From an uncultured Bacilli bacterium (GTDB taxonomy: Bacteria; Bacillota_I; Bacilli_A; RF39; UBA660), in assembly GCA_944359625.1 (NCBI GenBank), contig CALVSW010000003.1:42174-106173 (forward strand): a stretch of DNA of 64,000 bases, read 5' to 3'. Below the pieces are notes generated by a model that was not told the DNA's origin, searched no databases, and saw only the letters and a list, made by a program, of their open reading frames with translations. A program made the position numbers and the translations under genes. The first letter of the stretch is position 1. Each line of letters opens with the position of its first letter. Shown piece after piece: positions 20,535 to 29,851 of this stretch.

Positions 20535-21996
20535 TATTATTACCCCCATTAAAAATAATTTTTATTCCATCCATATAAAAAGTACCATCTTCAGTAGTTA
20601 TTTGACATTTTTCTTTACTAGGCTCAATAATATAAGTTAGTCCTAAAATACTTTCTTTATTAATTCTTTTATTACTTCGACTAATTAAATTTAATATGTA
20701 ATTAAGTTCAGATTTATTTAAATTTACTTTTCCAATAAGATTTACTGTTTTTTGATTTACAAACTTAAGAAGTATTTCTTTTTCTTTTAATAAACGTTCT
20801 TTTTCTTTATTAATAATTTCTTTCTTCTTATCACTTTTTGACTCAATGATTACTCTATTTTTTATTGCTCTATTTTGCTTTTCATGAGGCTCTACCTCAA
20901 TTAAAATAGGATTAACATCATAAGATGGTACAATTAAATCTGTATCTAAATTACTTATTCCTTTAAAATGTCTTACTTCATTTATTCCAAATATTACTGA
21001 TGATAATTTATGACATTCTTTAATATTATTTTTACTATCAAATAATTTACAAATATTTTTATATTCTTCTTTTCTAGCAATCATATTGCCATGGAGTTCA
21101 ATTAATGATGATACACATTTAGATATTTGCGTAATAATTGAATTTGTAACTTCTAATAAGCGGTCACCTTCACTAATTCCATTATTGCCAACAAACCAGT
21201 TTACTATACTTTGCCATTTACCTCTATTTAGTTCATTAAATTTCTTATAATTAAAATCTTGACTAATTTTTGGTAGTTCTCTTTGTTTTTGTTCTAATTT
21301 ATTTACAATTTGTTCTTCAATATTTGCATCTAATTCTTTTATTATATTTTTTATTTTGTTTCCGTTGTTTAAATAACCTTTAATAAAATCTTGTAAATAG
21401 GATATCATTTTATTTTTGTATTCTAAAAAATAAGTACTTTCTAATAACTCTTCAGTTTTAGATTCTTGAAATTTTTTTAAAAAGTCTTGATAATTATGAT
21501 TTAAATCTTTAAATTCATTAATAATTCTATTCCATAATTCACTAAAATCATCTAAAGTTTTATTATTAATATCTTTAATTTCCATTATTAAATTTTTGAG
21601 ATTTTCAAATCTTCTTGGAGATAGAGATGCCGTTTTTACCTCCATTTCTTCAAGATTAATTGTTAATCTTTCGATTTCAATTGCATAATCTGTCATTTGA
21701 TATCTAAATTTTTTGTTTTTAAAATCTTCTAACGTTTGAGCACTTTTTACATCTTGTACAGTCGTTAAACTCTTATTTTCAACAAGGGTTGTTAAATCAC
21801 GTTCTAAATCATCAATAGTATAATCTAATATTTTATCTTTTAAATTTTCATAAATTTCTTCTTTATAAAGCCAATTCTGAGCTTGTTCATATTTATGATA
21901 AAAAAATCGCATAATTGGGCGATATCGGTAAGTATTCTCGGTTGCTAAATATTTAATTTCTGTAATTTCTTTTTGTAAATTATTTAAATTATCCAT
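20527..21996 (-). CDS. jetA: Wadjet JetA (TIGR02677/DUF2397-type kleisin-like subunit)
   Basis: 489 aa. N-terminal YLATENTYRYRPIMRFFY is typical of TIGR02677. It is the first gene of the operon and has a GGAGG RBS. Confidence 0.75.
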   Translation of the reverse strand: MDNLNNLQKEITEIKYLATENTYRYRPIMRFFYHKYEQAQNWLYKEEIYENLKDKILDYTIDDLERDLTTLVENKSLTTVQDVKSAQTLEDFKNKKFRYQMTDYAIEIERLTINLEEMEVKTASLSPRRFENLKNLIMEIKDINNKTLDDFSELWNRIINEFKDLNHNYQDFLKKFQESKTEELLESTYFLEYKNKMISYLQDFIKGYLNNGNKIKNIIKELDANIEEQIVNKLEQKQRELPKISQDFNYKKFNELNRGKWQSIVNWFVGNNGISEGDRLLEVTNSIITQISKCVSSLIELHGNMIARKEEYKNICKLFDSKNNIKECHKLSSVIFGINEVRHFKGISNLDTDLIVPSYDVNPILIEVEPHEKQNRAIKNRVIIESKSDKKKEIINKEKERLLKEKEILLKFVNQKTVNLIGKVNLNKSELNYILNLISRSNKRINKESILGLTYIIEPSKEKCQITTEDGTFYMDGIKIIFNGGNNNE

Positions 21997-22049
21997 TTAG
22001 TTCCTCCGTTGAGGGATATTTTAACATAAAAAAATAAATAATAAAATAT

Positions 22050-22301
22050 TTATTTTTTCATAACTTCTTCAAAACGATACTTTTGTTTTACATCAGGATA
22101 TTTTTTATGATCAACTTCAGATAAAAACATATTTAATGGTCTAGCATATAACCCATCAGTGTGATTAGAATTGTTGTTACTATCCATACAATAATAAATA
22201 ACTAAATCTTCTAGAGTTTCAGTATGTTTTGCAATACCTAATACTAAAACATTAAATCCTTTAAAATGCCTATATAATGTATATGGCTTTACTTCTCTCA
22301 T
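22050..22301 (-). CDS. DUF1653-like small protein
   Basis: 83 aa; YRHFKGFNVLVLGIAKHTETLEDLVIYY...LYARPLNMFLSEVD matches the DUF1653 pattern. Same strand as jetA, 53 nt upstream of it. Confidence 0.65.
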   Translation of the reverse strand: MREVKPYTLYRHFKGFNVLVLGIAKHTETLEDLVIYYCMDSNNNSNHTDGLYARPLNMFLSEVDHKKYPDVKQKYRFEEVMKK

Positions 22302-22403
22302 ATAATCACCAATTATATTTTAGCATAAATATTAATAATAATGTTGTATAATAATTACGAGAGGATAATATTTAAATTTTATAAAAAATTAAATAGGAGT
22401 ATT

Positions 22404-23169
22404 ATGATAGAAAATGGATATTTATTTGCTAAAGATAATAAAAGATTATTTGTTAATGTAAATATTGGTTGCTTAGGAAATTGTAGTTATTGTTATCTTC
22501 CTATAATGGGTTATTCCAATAATAAAATAATAAAAAGTACTAAAACAAGTGAAGAAGTAATTAATATGATTAACAATTCTAATCTTCGAATAAATAAAGA
22601 CACTTTAATTACATTTGGTTGTTTTTGTGAATGTTTTGATGAATTTAATAAGGAAGAAACTATTAAATTAATAAATTATTTTTTAGATAAAGGCAATCAA
22701 GTACAAGTATCGACTAAAAAAATGTTAAATTATCTTGATATTAAAAAGATACTTTCTCATATAAAGTATTATGGTCAATTTATCTTATTTGTAAGTAGTG
22801 CTTCTATTTCACAACACAGTGTTTATGAAAAAAATACTGATATTCCAGAGCTAAGATTTAAAAATTTTAAATTTAGTAAGTATTTTTCCCGTTATTTTAT
22901 ATTTAAAGCCAGTTCTTAAAAATATAACTTATAAAGATATATCACTATATAAAGAATTAATAAAATCATATAACATAAAATATGTTGTTGTTGGTTCTAT
23001 ATTTACAAAAGATAAGTCTTTAGAAAGTGTTCATTTTTCTAGTAATAATACATTATTTTATAATGAAATAAATGATGAATATGTGATAATTGATGAATTA
23101 AAAAAAATATCTAATGTTTATAGACGCAGTAGTGAAGTGTGCAGTTTATTAAAAAGAATTGTATCGTAA
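22404..23169 (+). pseudogene. Radical SAM protein (SPL/DNA-photolyase-like), apparently frameshifted
   Basis: CLGNCSYCY gives a CxxxCxxC cluster. The reading frame stops at 22919, but the +1 frame continues in good coding sequence (PVILYLKPVLKNITYKDISLYKELIKSYNIKYVVVGSIF...) to a TAA at 23167-23169. The likely slip is in the T5 run at 22883-22887. Confidence 0.6.
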
Positions 23170-23217
23170 TATGATTAATGTTAAAATAGTTTTTATAATT
23201 TTTTAGGAGCTGAAAAA

Positions 23218-24147
23218 ATGAAAAATACTAATAGAATAAAAAGATATATTTCAAAAAAAATTTATGATAAATTACGCCAAGAATATTTAAAATATTATAT
23301 TAGTAATATTGGAAGAATAGTTGAAGAAGAAGACAAAATAATATGTTATGTTGATCAGAAATCGTTAGAAAAGTATAAAGGTAATAATCCAATTTATGAA
23401 CTAAAACTTTATGGTATGAATCAAGTAACAGATGGAATAAAAGAACAGGTTAAAAAATTAGGCTTAGATAAGCCAGTATATTATATTTTTGATGGTATTA
23501 ATTTTAATACAGCGGTAAAATTAGTTTCAAGATGGGCAACTATTGTGTTTAAAAATTGTACCTTTAATAAAGGAATTAATGTGCTTTGGTGTGATAACAT
23601 AGTTTTTGAAAATAATAAATATATTGATTGGGCTAATATTTATTTTACTAGTGACATTTTTATGAATATTAATAGAGTCAATGAGTTAACATTTATAAAT
23701 GAAGAATTCAAAAATAGTTATGAATATACAAAAATTTATGATACAAATTTTGGCATGCGTTTAAATGCTAAAAGATTAAATATTACAAATTGTATATTTG
23801 GAGATGCAACAACAACTTGGATAAATATAATTTCAGAAGAAACAAGACTTTATAATTCTAATTTAAAAGCAAAAGAAATACACTTAAATTCAGAAAGTAT
23901 AAAATCTGAAAATAGCACATTTATGGCTTCTGATGGCATAGAAATTGATAATCAAAATAGTGATTTTAATTCTATAGTATATGCTCCTATTGTATTTTAT
24001 AATAGTATGGTATTAGAAGGTAAAAATAATAATGTGCATGAAGTTAATAGTGCTAATGCTTTATTAAACGATGCTCGAAAAGAATTTTTAACAAAATTAT
24101 ATGAAGTATACAATCAATGTCGTTATATTAATAATCAAAAACTTTAG
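23218..24147 (+). CDS. Hypothetical protein (repetitive, beta-solenoid-like middle)
   Basis: 309-aa ORF with RBS AGGAG. Repeated N-x-x-F/I-x-N segments; no catalytic motif recognised. Confidence 0.45.
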   Translation: MKNTNRIKRYISKKIYDKLRQEYLKYYISNIGRIVEEEDKIICYVDQKSLEKYKGNNPIYELKLYGMNQVTDGIKEQVKKLGLDKPVYYIFDGINFNTAVKLVSRWATIVFKNCTFNKGINVLWCDNIVFENNKYIDWANIYFTSDIFMNINRVNELTFINEEFKNSYEYTKIYDTNFGMRLNAKRLNITNCIFGDATTTWINIISEETRLYNSNLKAKEIHLNSESIKSENSTFMASDGIEIDNQNSDFNSIVYAPIVFYNSMVLEGKNNNVHEVNSANALLNDARKEFLTKLYEVYNQCRYINNQKL

Positions 24148-24292
24148 AATCTTAAAACTAAATTAGAAAAACAACAAGTATTAAAATTATTAAAAAAGAA
24201 AGGCTAATTTTAAGATAATAAATTATAAAAGTAATTATCCTACTTAGTATTGAGTTAGTTTTATTGTGGATAATTAATAAGTTAAATTAAAA

Positions 24293-24322
24293 AACTTACA
24301 AACTTTTATTAGTTAGTAAGTT
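24293..24322. terminator. Bidirectional terminator hairpin, copy A of a repeated element
   Basis: AACTTAC...GTAAGTT stem flanked by A5 and T6 between convergent genes. It shares a 17-nt left arm with the copy at 26775. Confidence 0.55.
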
Positions 24323-25120
24323 ATTTTTTCGTTTTAGTTAAATAACTATCTAAAACTTCGTATAAATTTGTATTTAAACAAGTTTTAACTAGTTCATTAT
24401 CATTTTGTAATAATGAATTATTTATTAAATAATTAGAAAGAATATTGGCCAAAGGATATCTTAATAAATAATTAACTATATTAGATGAAACATCAAATCG
24501 TTTTATATATTTTATTTTCTTTAAATCAATATCACTATCAAATATATTTCCATTTTTATTAAATAAATCTTCATAATAAAGTTCATATTTAATTGCAATA
24601 ACCATTCTTTTTTCAAAATATTTTCTATTATTAATTCTTGTATAAATTAAATTTTTATATTTATCATCATTTAGCCATTTTTCAAAATTTTTCTCCATAT
24701 AAAATGCAAAGGTTTCGGATAAAAACCAATATTCATCTGGTACAATCAAGGATTACTATTCCTGTCAATATAATGTGCTAGTTCATGAACAAGTATAAAA
24801 ACGTTTCCATCATTTCCTTGTAATTTAATATATGCTTTATTATTTTGAGTATCAGTAAAAGATTTTTCTTTATTCTGAAATATTATTCTCTTATTTTTAA
24901 AACCTTCTAAAATCATATTGTAGTATTCAATATTATATTCTTTATAAAATTGAAGAGCTAATTTTAAAGGATTTTTAATTGTTACTAAATAATCTATTTT
25001 TGTAATTTCTATATTAAAAATATCAATTAACTGATATATAATATCTTTTTCTAAAAATTTTCGATAAGTAGATTCTAACTTAATTTGTTCTATAAAATTT
25101 TTAATATCTATCTTTTCCAT
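24321..25120 (-). pseudogene. HExxH zinc metallopeptidase split into two ORFs (124 + 142 aa)
   Basis: The upstream ORF ends ...VHELAHYIDRNSNP-stop. The downstream ORF begins at an overlapping TTG with IVPDEYWFLSETFAFYME, a Glu-containing helix at the spacing expected for the third zinc ligand. This is consistent with a 1-nt indel at about 24746-24750. Confidence 0.5.
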
Positions 25121-25126
25121 AAAATA

Positions 25127-25543
25127 TTATCTTTTTAATTTCCTTATTAGTCTTTTTTCATTTACTTTATCTAATATCAATAATAAACTATATTTATGAA
25201 AATCTTCCGTAATTGTTGGGATTTTATCCTTTAAAGGTACTATATTAACAACATATGGTAAATCAAAATAATGATTACTTTCATTTGAATCAAAAATAAA
25301 TCCAGTAAAAATTTCTCTATATCTAGTTTTACCATTTTCATTTATTTTTTCAAATATATATTTTTGTGTAGTTTTATTGACCATCGGACCAAATGGTGTT
25401 ACTTCACTAGATATTTGCTCTAAATTACCTATTACTAAATTATCAGATTTGTAATAATCTTGCATTTTATAATTATCACTATTAACTTTTGCTGAATTAT
25501 TTTCTAGTTTTTTTTCTTTCTTCCTTTTTAAAATACTAAACAT
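25127..25543 (-). CDS. Hypothetical protein
   Basis: 138-aa ORF 6 nt upstream of the split peptidase, probably in the same operon. No motif. Confidence 0.4.
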   Translation of the reverse strand: MFSILKRKKEKKLENNSAKVNSDNYKMQDYYKSDNLVIGNLEQISSEVTPFGPMVNKTTQKYIFEKINENGKTRYREIFTGFIFDSNESNHYFDLPYVVNIVPLKDKIPTITEDFHKYSLLLILDKVNEKRLIRKLKR

Positions 25544-25808
25544 ATTTTTATCTCCTTTGTATAGACGCTATTATAACATATATTATAGTCTGTAAGTTAT
25601 TTTTTTATTTTAAAAGAATAATATCCAAATTATAAACTAAGATTTTCTTCTATAAGGTTTAAATACTAAAATTAATTCAATTCCAATATTACACTTTTTA
25701 CATTTTGGTAATATAGATTATTTATTCTTTTAATGATATAATTTTTTTATAAAAAATTGCTTGAAAAATTCAACTGATGAATGATATTTCGTTGAGGAGG
25801 TAAAAACA

Positions 25809-25979
25809 ATGAATAGAGAAAAAATATTTAGAGTTTTGACACTTGTATTTATGATTATAACTTTTATAGGTGCAGGGTATGTATTATTTAATAAAGGACA
25901 AGTTAATGCTGGATATGCTGTAATTCCAAGTTTATTTTGTGCAATTTTTTTCTCAATTAGCAGTTTACGAAAAATTTAA
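25809..25979 (+). CDS. Small two-TM membrane protein (56 aa), not in ORF track
   Basis: ATG at 25809 preceded by GAGGAGG. MNREKIFRVLTLVFMIITFIGAGYVLFNKGQVNAGYAVIPSLFCAIFFSISSLRKI. Confidence 0.4.
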   Translation: MNREKIFRVLTLVFMIITFIGAGYVLFNKGQVNAGYAVIPSLFCAIFFSISSLRKI

Positions 25980-26048
25980 AAAAGAAAAAAATAAATAGTA
26001 ATTATTTCCTCAATTAAATTATAAAGTGAAAGGTTAAAGTAATGTTAT

Positions 26049-26636
26049 ATGAAAAAAAAGAAGAAAATTATTGTAAGAATTTTAATTATATTATTAATCA
26101 TAATTATTGGAATAATTGCTGTCTATAAATTGATTGAAACTGGAGTTATAAATAGAGAATCCTTTAAATTTAATATTGAAAATACTAGTTCTATTCCAGT
26201 TGATACAACAAATAACGATAAAAATAAAGATAATATAGAATGGGATGAAATAACAGAAGAAGGGGTTAATGAAGAATTATTATTTCAAAATGTAGATACT
26301 AAAGATTTAGAAAAAATTTCAACACTATTGCAATCTTTAACTGCAGAAATTGCTCAAAAGGAAAAAGAAGATATTAATTTTTATTTAAGTGCAGGTTGGT
26401 ATCAATATGCACTAGATAGTGAGCAATATAATGAAGTTATAAATATGGGAAACGATGCAATAAAACCATTATATTTAATAATATATAAAAGTCCTAATCA
26501 AGGATCTTATGAGTATATTTGTGCAATGGCATTATCAAAACTAGTTGATTTTGACGATACAACCGAGTCTTGGTCTACTTCAAAAGAATTTTTAGAAAAG
26601 TTTAATCAAAAAGTTATTAGTAATAGAGAAAATTAA
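26049..26636 (+). CDS. Hypothetical membrane-anchored protein
   Basis: 195 aa with K-rich N-terminus, a TM helix and an acidic extracellular domain. No motif. Confidence 0.45.
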   Translation: MKKKKKIIVRILIILLIIIIGIIAVYKLIETGVINRESFKFNIENTSSIPVDTTNNDKNKDNIEWDEITEEGVNEELLFQNVDTKDLEKISTLLQSLTAEIAQKEKEDINFYLSAGWYQYALDSEQYNEVINMGNDAIKPLYLIIYKSPNQGSYEYICAMALSKLVDFDDTTESWSTSKEFLEKFNQKVISNREN

Positions 26637-26777
26637 TTAAATATATATTACTCATCAAAAATGATAGGTTCTTTTTAATAATTAGTATTATTTTCTAAAA
26701 TATAATTGTGTGAATTCTTTTATTAAAATTTAAGTGAAATGTAAATTTGATTTTAATTAAACATAGAAAAGTAAAAA

Positions 26778-26806
26778 AACTTACAAACTTTAATAGTCTG
26801 TAAGTT
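26778..26806 (+). terminator. Terminator hairpin, copy B of the repeated element
   Basis: Perfect 8-bp stem AACTTACA/TGTAAGTT. The 15-nt segment ATAGTCTGTAAGTTA also occurs at 25585-25599. Confidence 0.5.
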
Positions 26807-27003
26807 AATTTTAATTTGGAGCAATAGCACAGGCTATTTGAAACTCCTAATAGTAAAAGTTGATAAACAACTAATCACTAAAATAATAATACCACAAATA
26901 TTGATAAATTCAAATACTTATGCTGATTAATTTGTCAAATTATGTTATACTTATAGTAGCTGAATATCTTTATGATATTCTTTTTTTATAAGGAGGATAG
27001 ATT

Positions 27004-28758
27004 ATGCCTGAATCTAAAAGAAGTTCAAAAAAAACTGAACATAGAGCCGTTAGTAAAATTAGATATTTAATTGATGAACTTGAATATATCGATTATAATT
27101 TTAGTGAAAATGATAAAGGTATCTCATTTGATGGTACAATAGATTTATTTAAAGGAGATATAGATTTAAAAGAAAATTGGGAAGGTAGTATAAAAGCCCA
27201 GATAAAAGGTAGAACCATGTATAAAGACCCAACTAATGTTGATAAAATAACTTTTGATTTAGATAAAAGAGACTTGAATAATTTTTTGAAAGAAGACGGA
27301 ACGATACTTATAGTAGTTAAATTTTATGACAAAGATATAAATAAATATGGCATTTATATTAATCCTTTACTACCTGCGGATATAAAAAAAATACAAGATG
27401 AAAATAAATCTAACACTTCAGCAAATGTAAAAGTAAAATTAAGAAAAGTTAAAGATAGCATAAACTTAGAAAAAATATGTAGAACATTTAAAATAAATCA
27501 AGATATTCAAAAAGGTAAAATTGATTTAATAAATAATAACTTTAAAATGGATCCCTCATATATAACAAAATTCTTCTTGTGGGATTCAAAAGATTTCAGG
27601 TTAGAAAATTTACTTGGCTCTACTCAATATTTTTATACTTATGATTCTAATCAAAATTTAATTAATATATGTTCACAAGAGATAAATACTTTAACGGAAA
27701 AAATGAATTATAAAATTACTGATAAAGATGAAAAAATTGTTTTTGATGATATTACATTGACTACTACGGATGAAGAAAAAATAATATCTTTTGGTAAATC
27801 ATTTGTATTAAATCCTAAAAAGTTTGAATTTAATATAAAAATACAAGGCACTTTTCACGAAAGAATTAAAACTTTAGATTTTATAAAGTGTATTTATAAT
27901 GAGGGTGGCTTTTATGTTGATGGAAATTTATTATCTTTAAATATAAATGATAACTTCAAAGATAGTTTTGGTAAAATATATGATGAATATAAATCCATTG
28001 AGAGTTTTTTGTCAAAACATAATGTTAAAAAAGATTTAAACTTTGATCTTTGGACTAATGATGATTTTAAAAATTTAGGTATAATTATTTCATCAATAGA
28101 AAACAAAAGAGCAATAAGTTTTAATGGTTCATTGAATTCAATGTTAGGACCATATAAAATAAAAGATTTATCGTTATCAATTCTTGCAGTTAGACGTAAT
28201 GATGGATTGTTTGATACATATTCTATATGGAATTCTGACAATCAATATAATAATTTTAAAATCACAATACCTGGTAATAATGATATATTATGCAATAATA
28301 AATTTATGGTATTAAATAAGGAGGCATATCTTTCTGATGATATTAATTACGATGAAATGAAAAATAGTTTCAAAAATATTGAATATAACAAAGACAATAA
28401 AATTTTAATAAATGCTCAAGTTTTAAATTTGATTGATATATATGATGAAAATAATAATAAGGACTTACTTGATTATTCAATGTGGTTAACAAATAATCTT
28501 TTAACTCATTCTAATGAGGAGGATAAACATATTTATTTTATAAATCGTTGTCAAATATTAAAAAGACTTGATTCAATTTCTAAAGAAGATAAAGAAGAAT
28601 TATTTAAAATCAAAGAAAATACAACAGATTCATTAACAAAAATAAGTTGTAATTTATTACTGGATAATAAAGAGGATGCTAATATAATAATAAGTAAATT
28701 AGATGAAAATGCTCTTGCAACTTTAAAAGAATTTCCAATTTCAAAATACATTAATTAA
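27004..28758 (+). CDS. DUF4365-domain (PD-(D/E)xK-like) protein with about 430 aa of unassigned C-terminal region
   Basis: The N-terminus EHRAVSKIRYLIDELEYIDYNFSENDKGISFDGTIDLF...IKAQIKGRT fits the DUF4365 pattern (D-x-G-I-D-G ... Q-x-K-G). The remainder has no recognisable motif. Confidence 0.55.
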   Translation: MPESKRSSKKTEHRAVSKIRYLIDELEYIDYNFSENDKGISFDGTIDLFKGDIDLKENWEGSIKAQIKGRTMYKDPTNVDKITFDLDKRDLNNFLKEDGTILIVVKFYDKDINKYGIYINPLLPADIKKIQDENKSNTSANVKVKLRKVKDSINLEKICRTFKINQDIQKGKIDLINNNFKMDPSYITKFFLWDSKDFRLENLLGSTQYFYTYDSNQNLINICSQEINTLTEKMNYKITDKDEKIVFDDITLTTTDEEKIISFGKSFVLNPKKFEFNIKIQGTFHERIKTLDFIKCIYNEGGFYVDGNLLSLNINDNFKDSFGKIYDEYKSIESFLSKHNVKKDLNFDLWTNDDFKNLGIIISSIENKRAISFNGSLNSMLGPYKIKDLSLSILAVRRNDGLFDTYSIWNSDNQYNNFKITIPGNNDILCNNKFMVLNKEAYLSDDINYDEMKNSFKNIEYNKDNKILINAQVLNLIDIYDENNNKDLLDYSMWLTNNLLTHSNEEDKHIYFINRCQILKRLDSISKEDKEELFKIKENTTDSLTKISCNLLLDNKEDANIIISKLDENALATLKEFPISKYIN

Positions 28759-28831
28759 AATTCAATTGTTTTAAGACAAAACCAAATAAAAATGGTATAA
28801 TAATTATTAAGAGTATTGGAGGTAAATAATA

Positions 28832-29851
28832 ATGAAAAAATCAAGAAAATGTATAGAATTATTTGCCGGTGCTGGAGGTTTGGCATTAGGTTTAGAACAA
28901 GCAGGTTTTGAAGAAATCGGATTAGTTGAATTTGATCATACCGCTTGTGAAACATTAAGAATAAATAGACCTAATTGGAATGTGTTGGAAGAAGATGTAA
29001 TTGAAGTATCAAAAAGAGATTTATTAAAAGAATTTAAATTAAAAAAAGGAGAACTTGATTTACTATCTGGAGGATATCCGTGTCAAGCATTTAGTTATGC
29101 AGGTAAAAAATTAGGACTAGATGATGTTCGTGGAACAATGTTTTATTATTATGCTGAATTTATTAAGCAATTACAACCTAAAATGTTTTTGGCAGAAAAT
29201 GTAAAGGGACTAACTACTCATGATGGTGGTAAAACTATTGGTACAATGGTAAATGTATTTAAAGATTTAGGATATGCAGTTGAATGGCAAGTTTTAAATG
29301 CTTGGGATTACGGAGTTGCTGAAAAAAGACAGAGAGTTGTTATTATTGGAATAAGAAATGACTTAAAAGAAAAAGTAAAATTTGAATATCCTACACCACA
29401 TGAATATAAACCTGTATTAAGAGATGTCTTAAAAAATGTACCTGATTCTATTGGTGCTAAATATCCAGAAAGTAAAAAGAAAGTTTTTGATTTGGTTCCA
29501 CCTGGAGGATATTGGAAAGATTTGCCAGATGATGTTGCTAGAGAATACATGAAATCTTGTTATTTTATGGGTGGTGGAAGAACAGGAATTGCTAGGAGGT
29601 TATCATGGGATGAACCATCATTAACACTTACGTGTTCTCCAATGATGAAGCAAACAGATAGATGTCATCCAGATGAAAGTAGACCATTTACAACGAGAGA
29701 ATATGCACGTATTCAATCATTTCCTGATGAATGGCAATTTGCTGGTAAAATGAATGATATATATAAGCAAATTGGAAATGCTGTTCCCGTTAATTTAGCA
29801 AAATGTGTTGGAATAGAAATAATGAACGCATTAAATGGAGGTGAAGCATAA
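28832..29851 (+). CDS. DNA (cytosine-5)-methyltransferase
   Basis: Motif I LFAGAGG, motif IV GGYPCQAFS, motif VI ENVKG, motif VIII QRRQRV, motif X GNAVPV; short TRD. A TGgTATAAT promoter lies upstream. Confidence 0.95.
   Translation: MKKSRKCIELFAGAGGLALGLEQAGFEEIGLVEFDHTACETLRINRPNWNVLEEDVIEVSKRDLLKEFKLKKGELDLLSGGYPCQAFSYAGKKLGLDDVRGTMFYYYAEFIKQLQPKMFLAENVKGLTTHDGGKTIGTMVNVFKDLGYAVEWQVLNAWDYGVAEKRQRVVIIGIRNDLKEKVKFEYPTPHEYKPVLRDVLKNVPDSIGAKYPESKKKVFDLVPPGGYWKDLPDDVAREYMKSCYFMGGGRTGIARRLSWDEPSLTLTCSPMMKQTDRCHPDESRPFTTREYARIQSFPDEWQFAGKMNDIYKQIGNAVPVNLAKCVGIEIMNALNGGEA

Noticed and set aside
24145-24207. In-frame 19-codon extension after the TAG stop of the 309-aa gene (NLKTKLEKQQVLKLLKKKG), as possible readthrough
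   Set aside because: It is short and K-rich, as expected by chance in AT-rich DNA. No suppressor context or conservation can be assessed, so it is treated as noise.
26816-26835. Possible direct repeat of the tRNA-Gly 3' end (TGGAGCA...) at the left side of the island, as expected for tRNA-targeted integration
   Set aside because: Only 7 nt match (TGGAGCA) before divergence. Two terminators separate the tRNA from the island, and the recombinase is a serine recombinase, which does not generate long att duplications.
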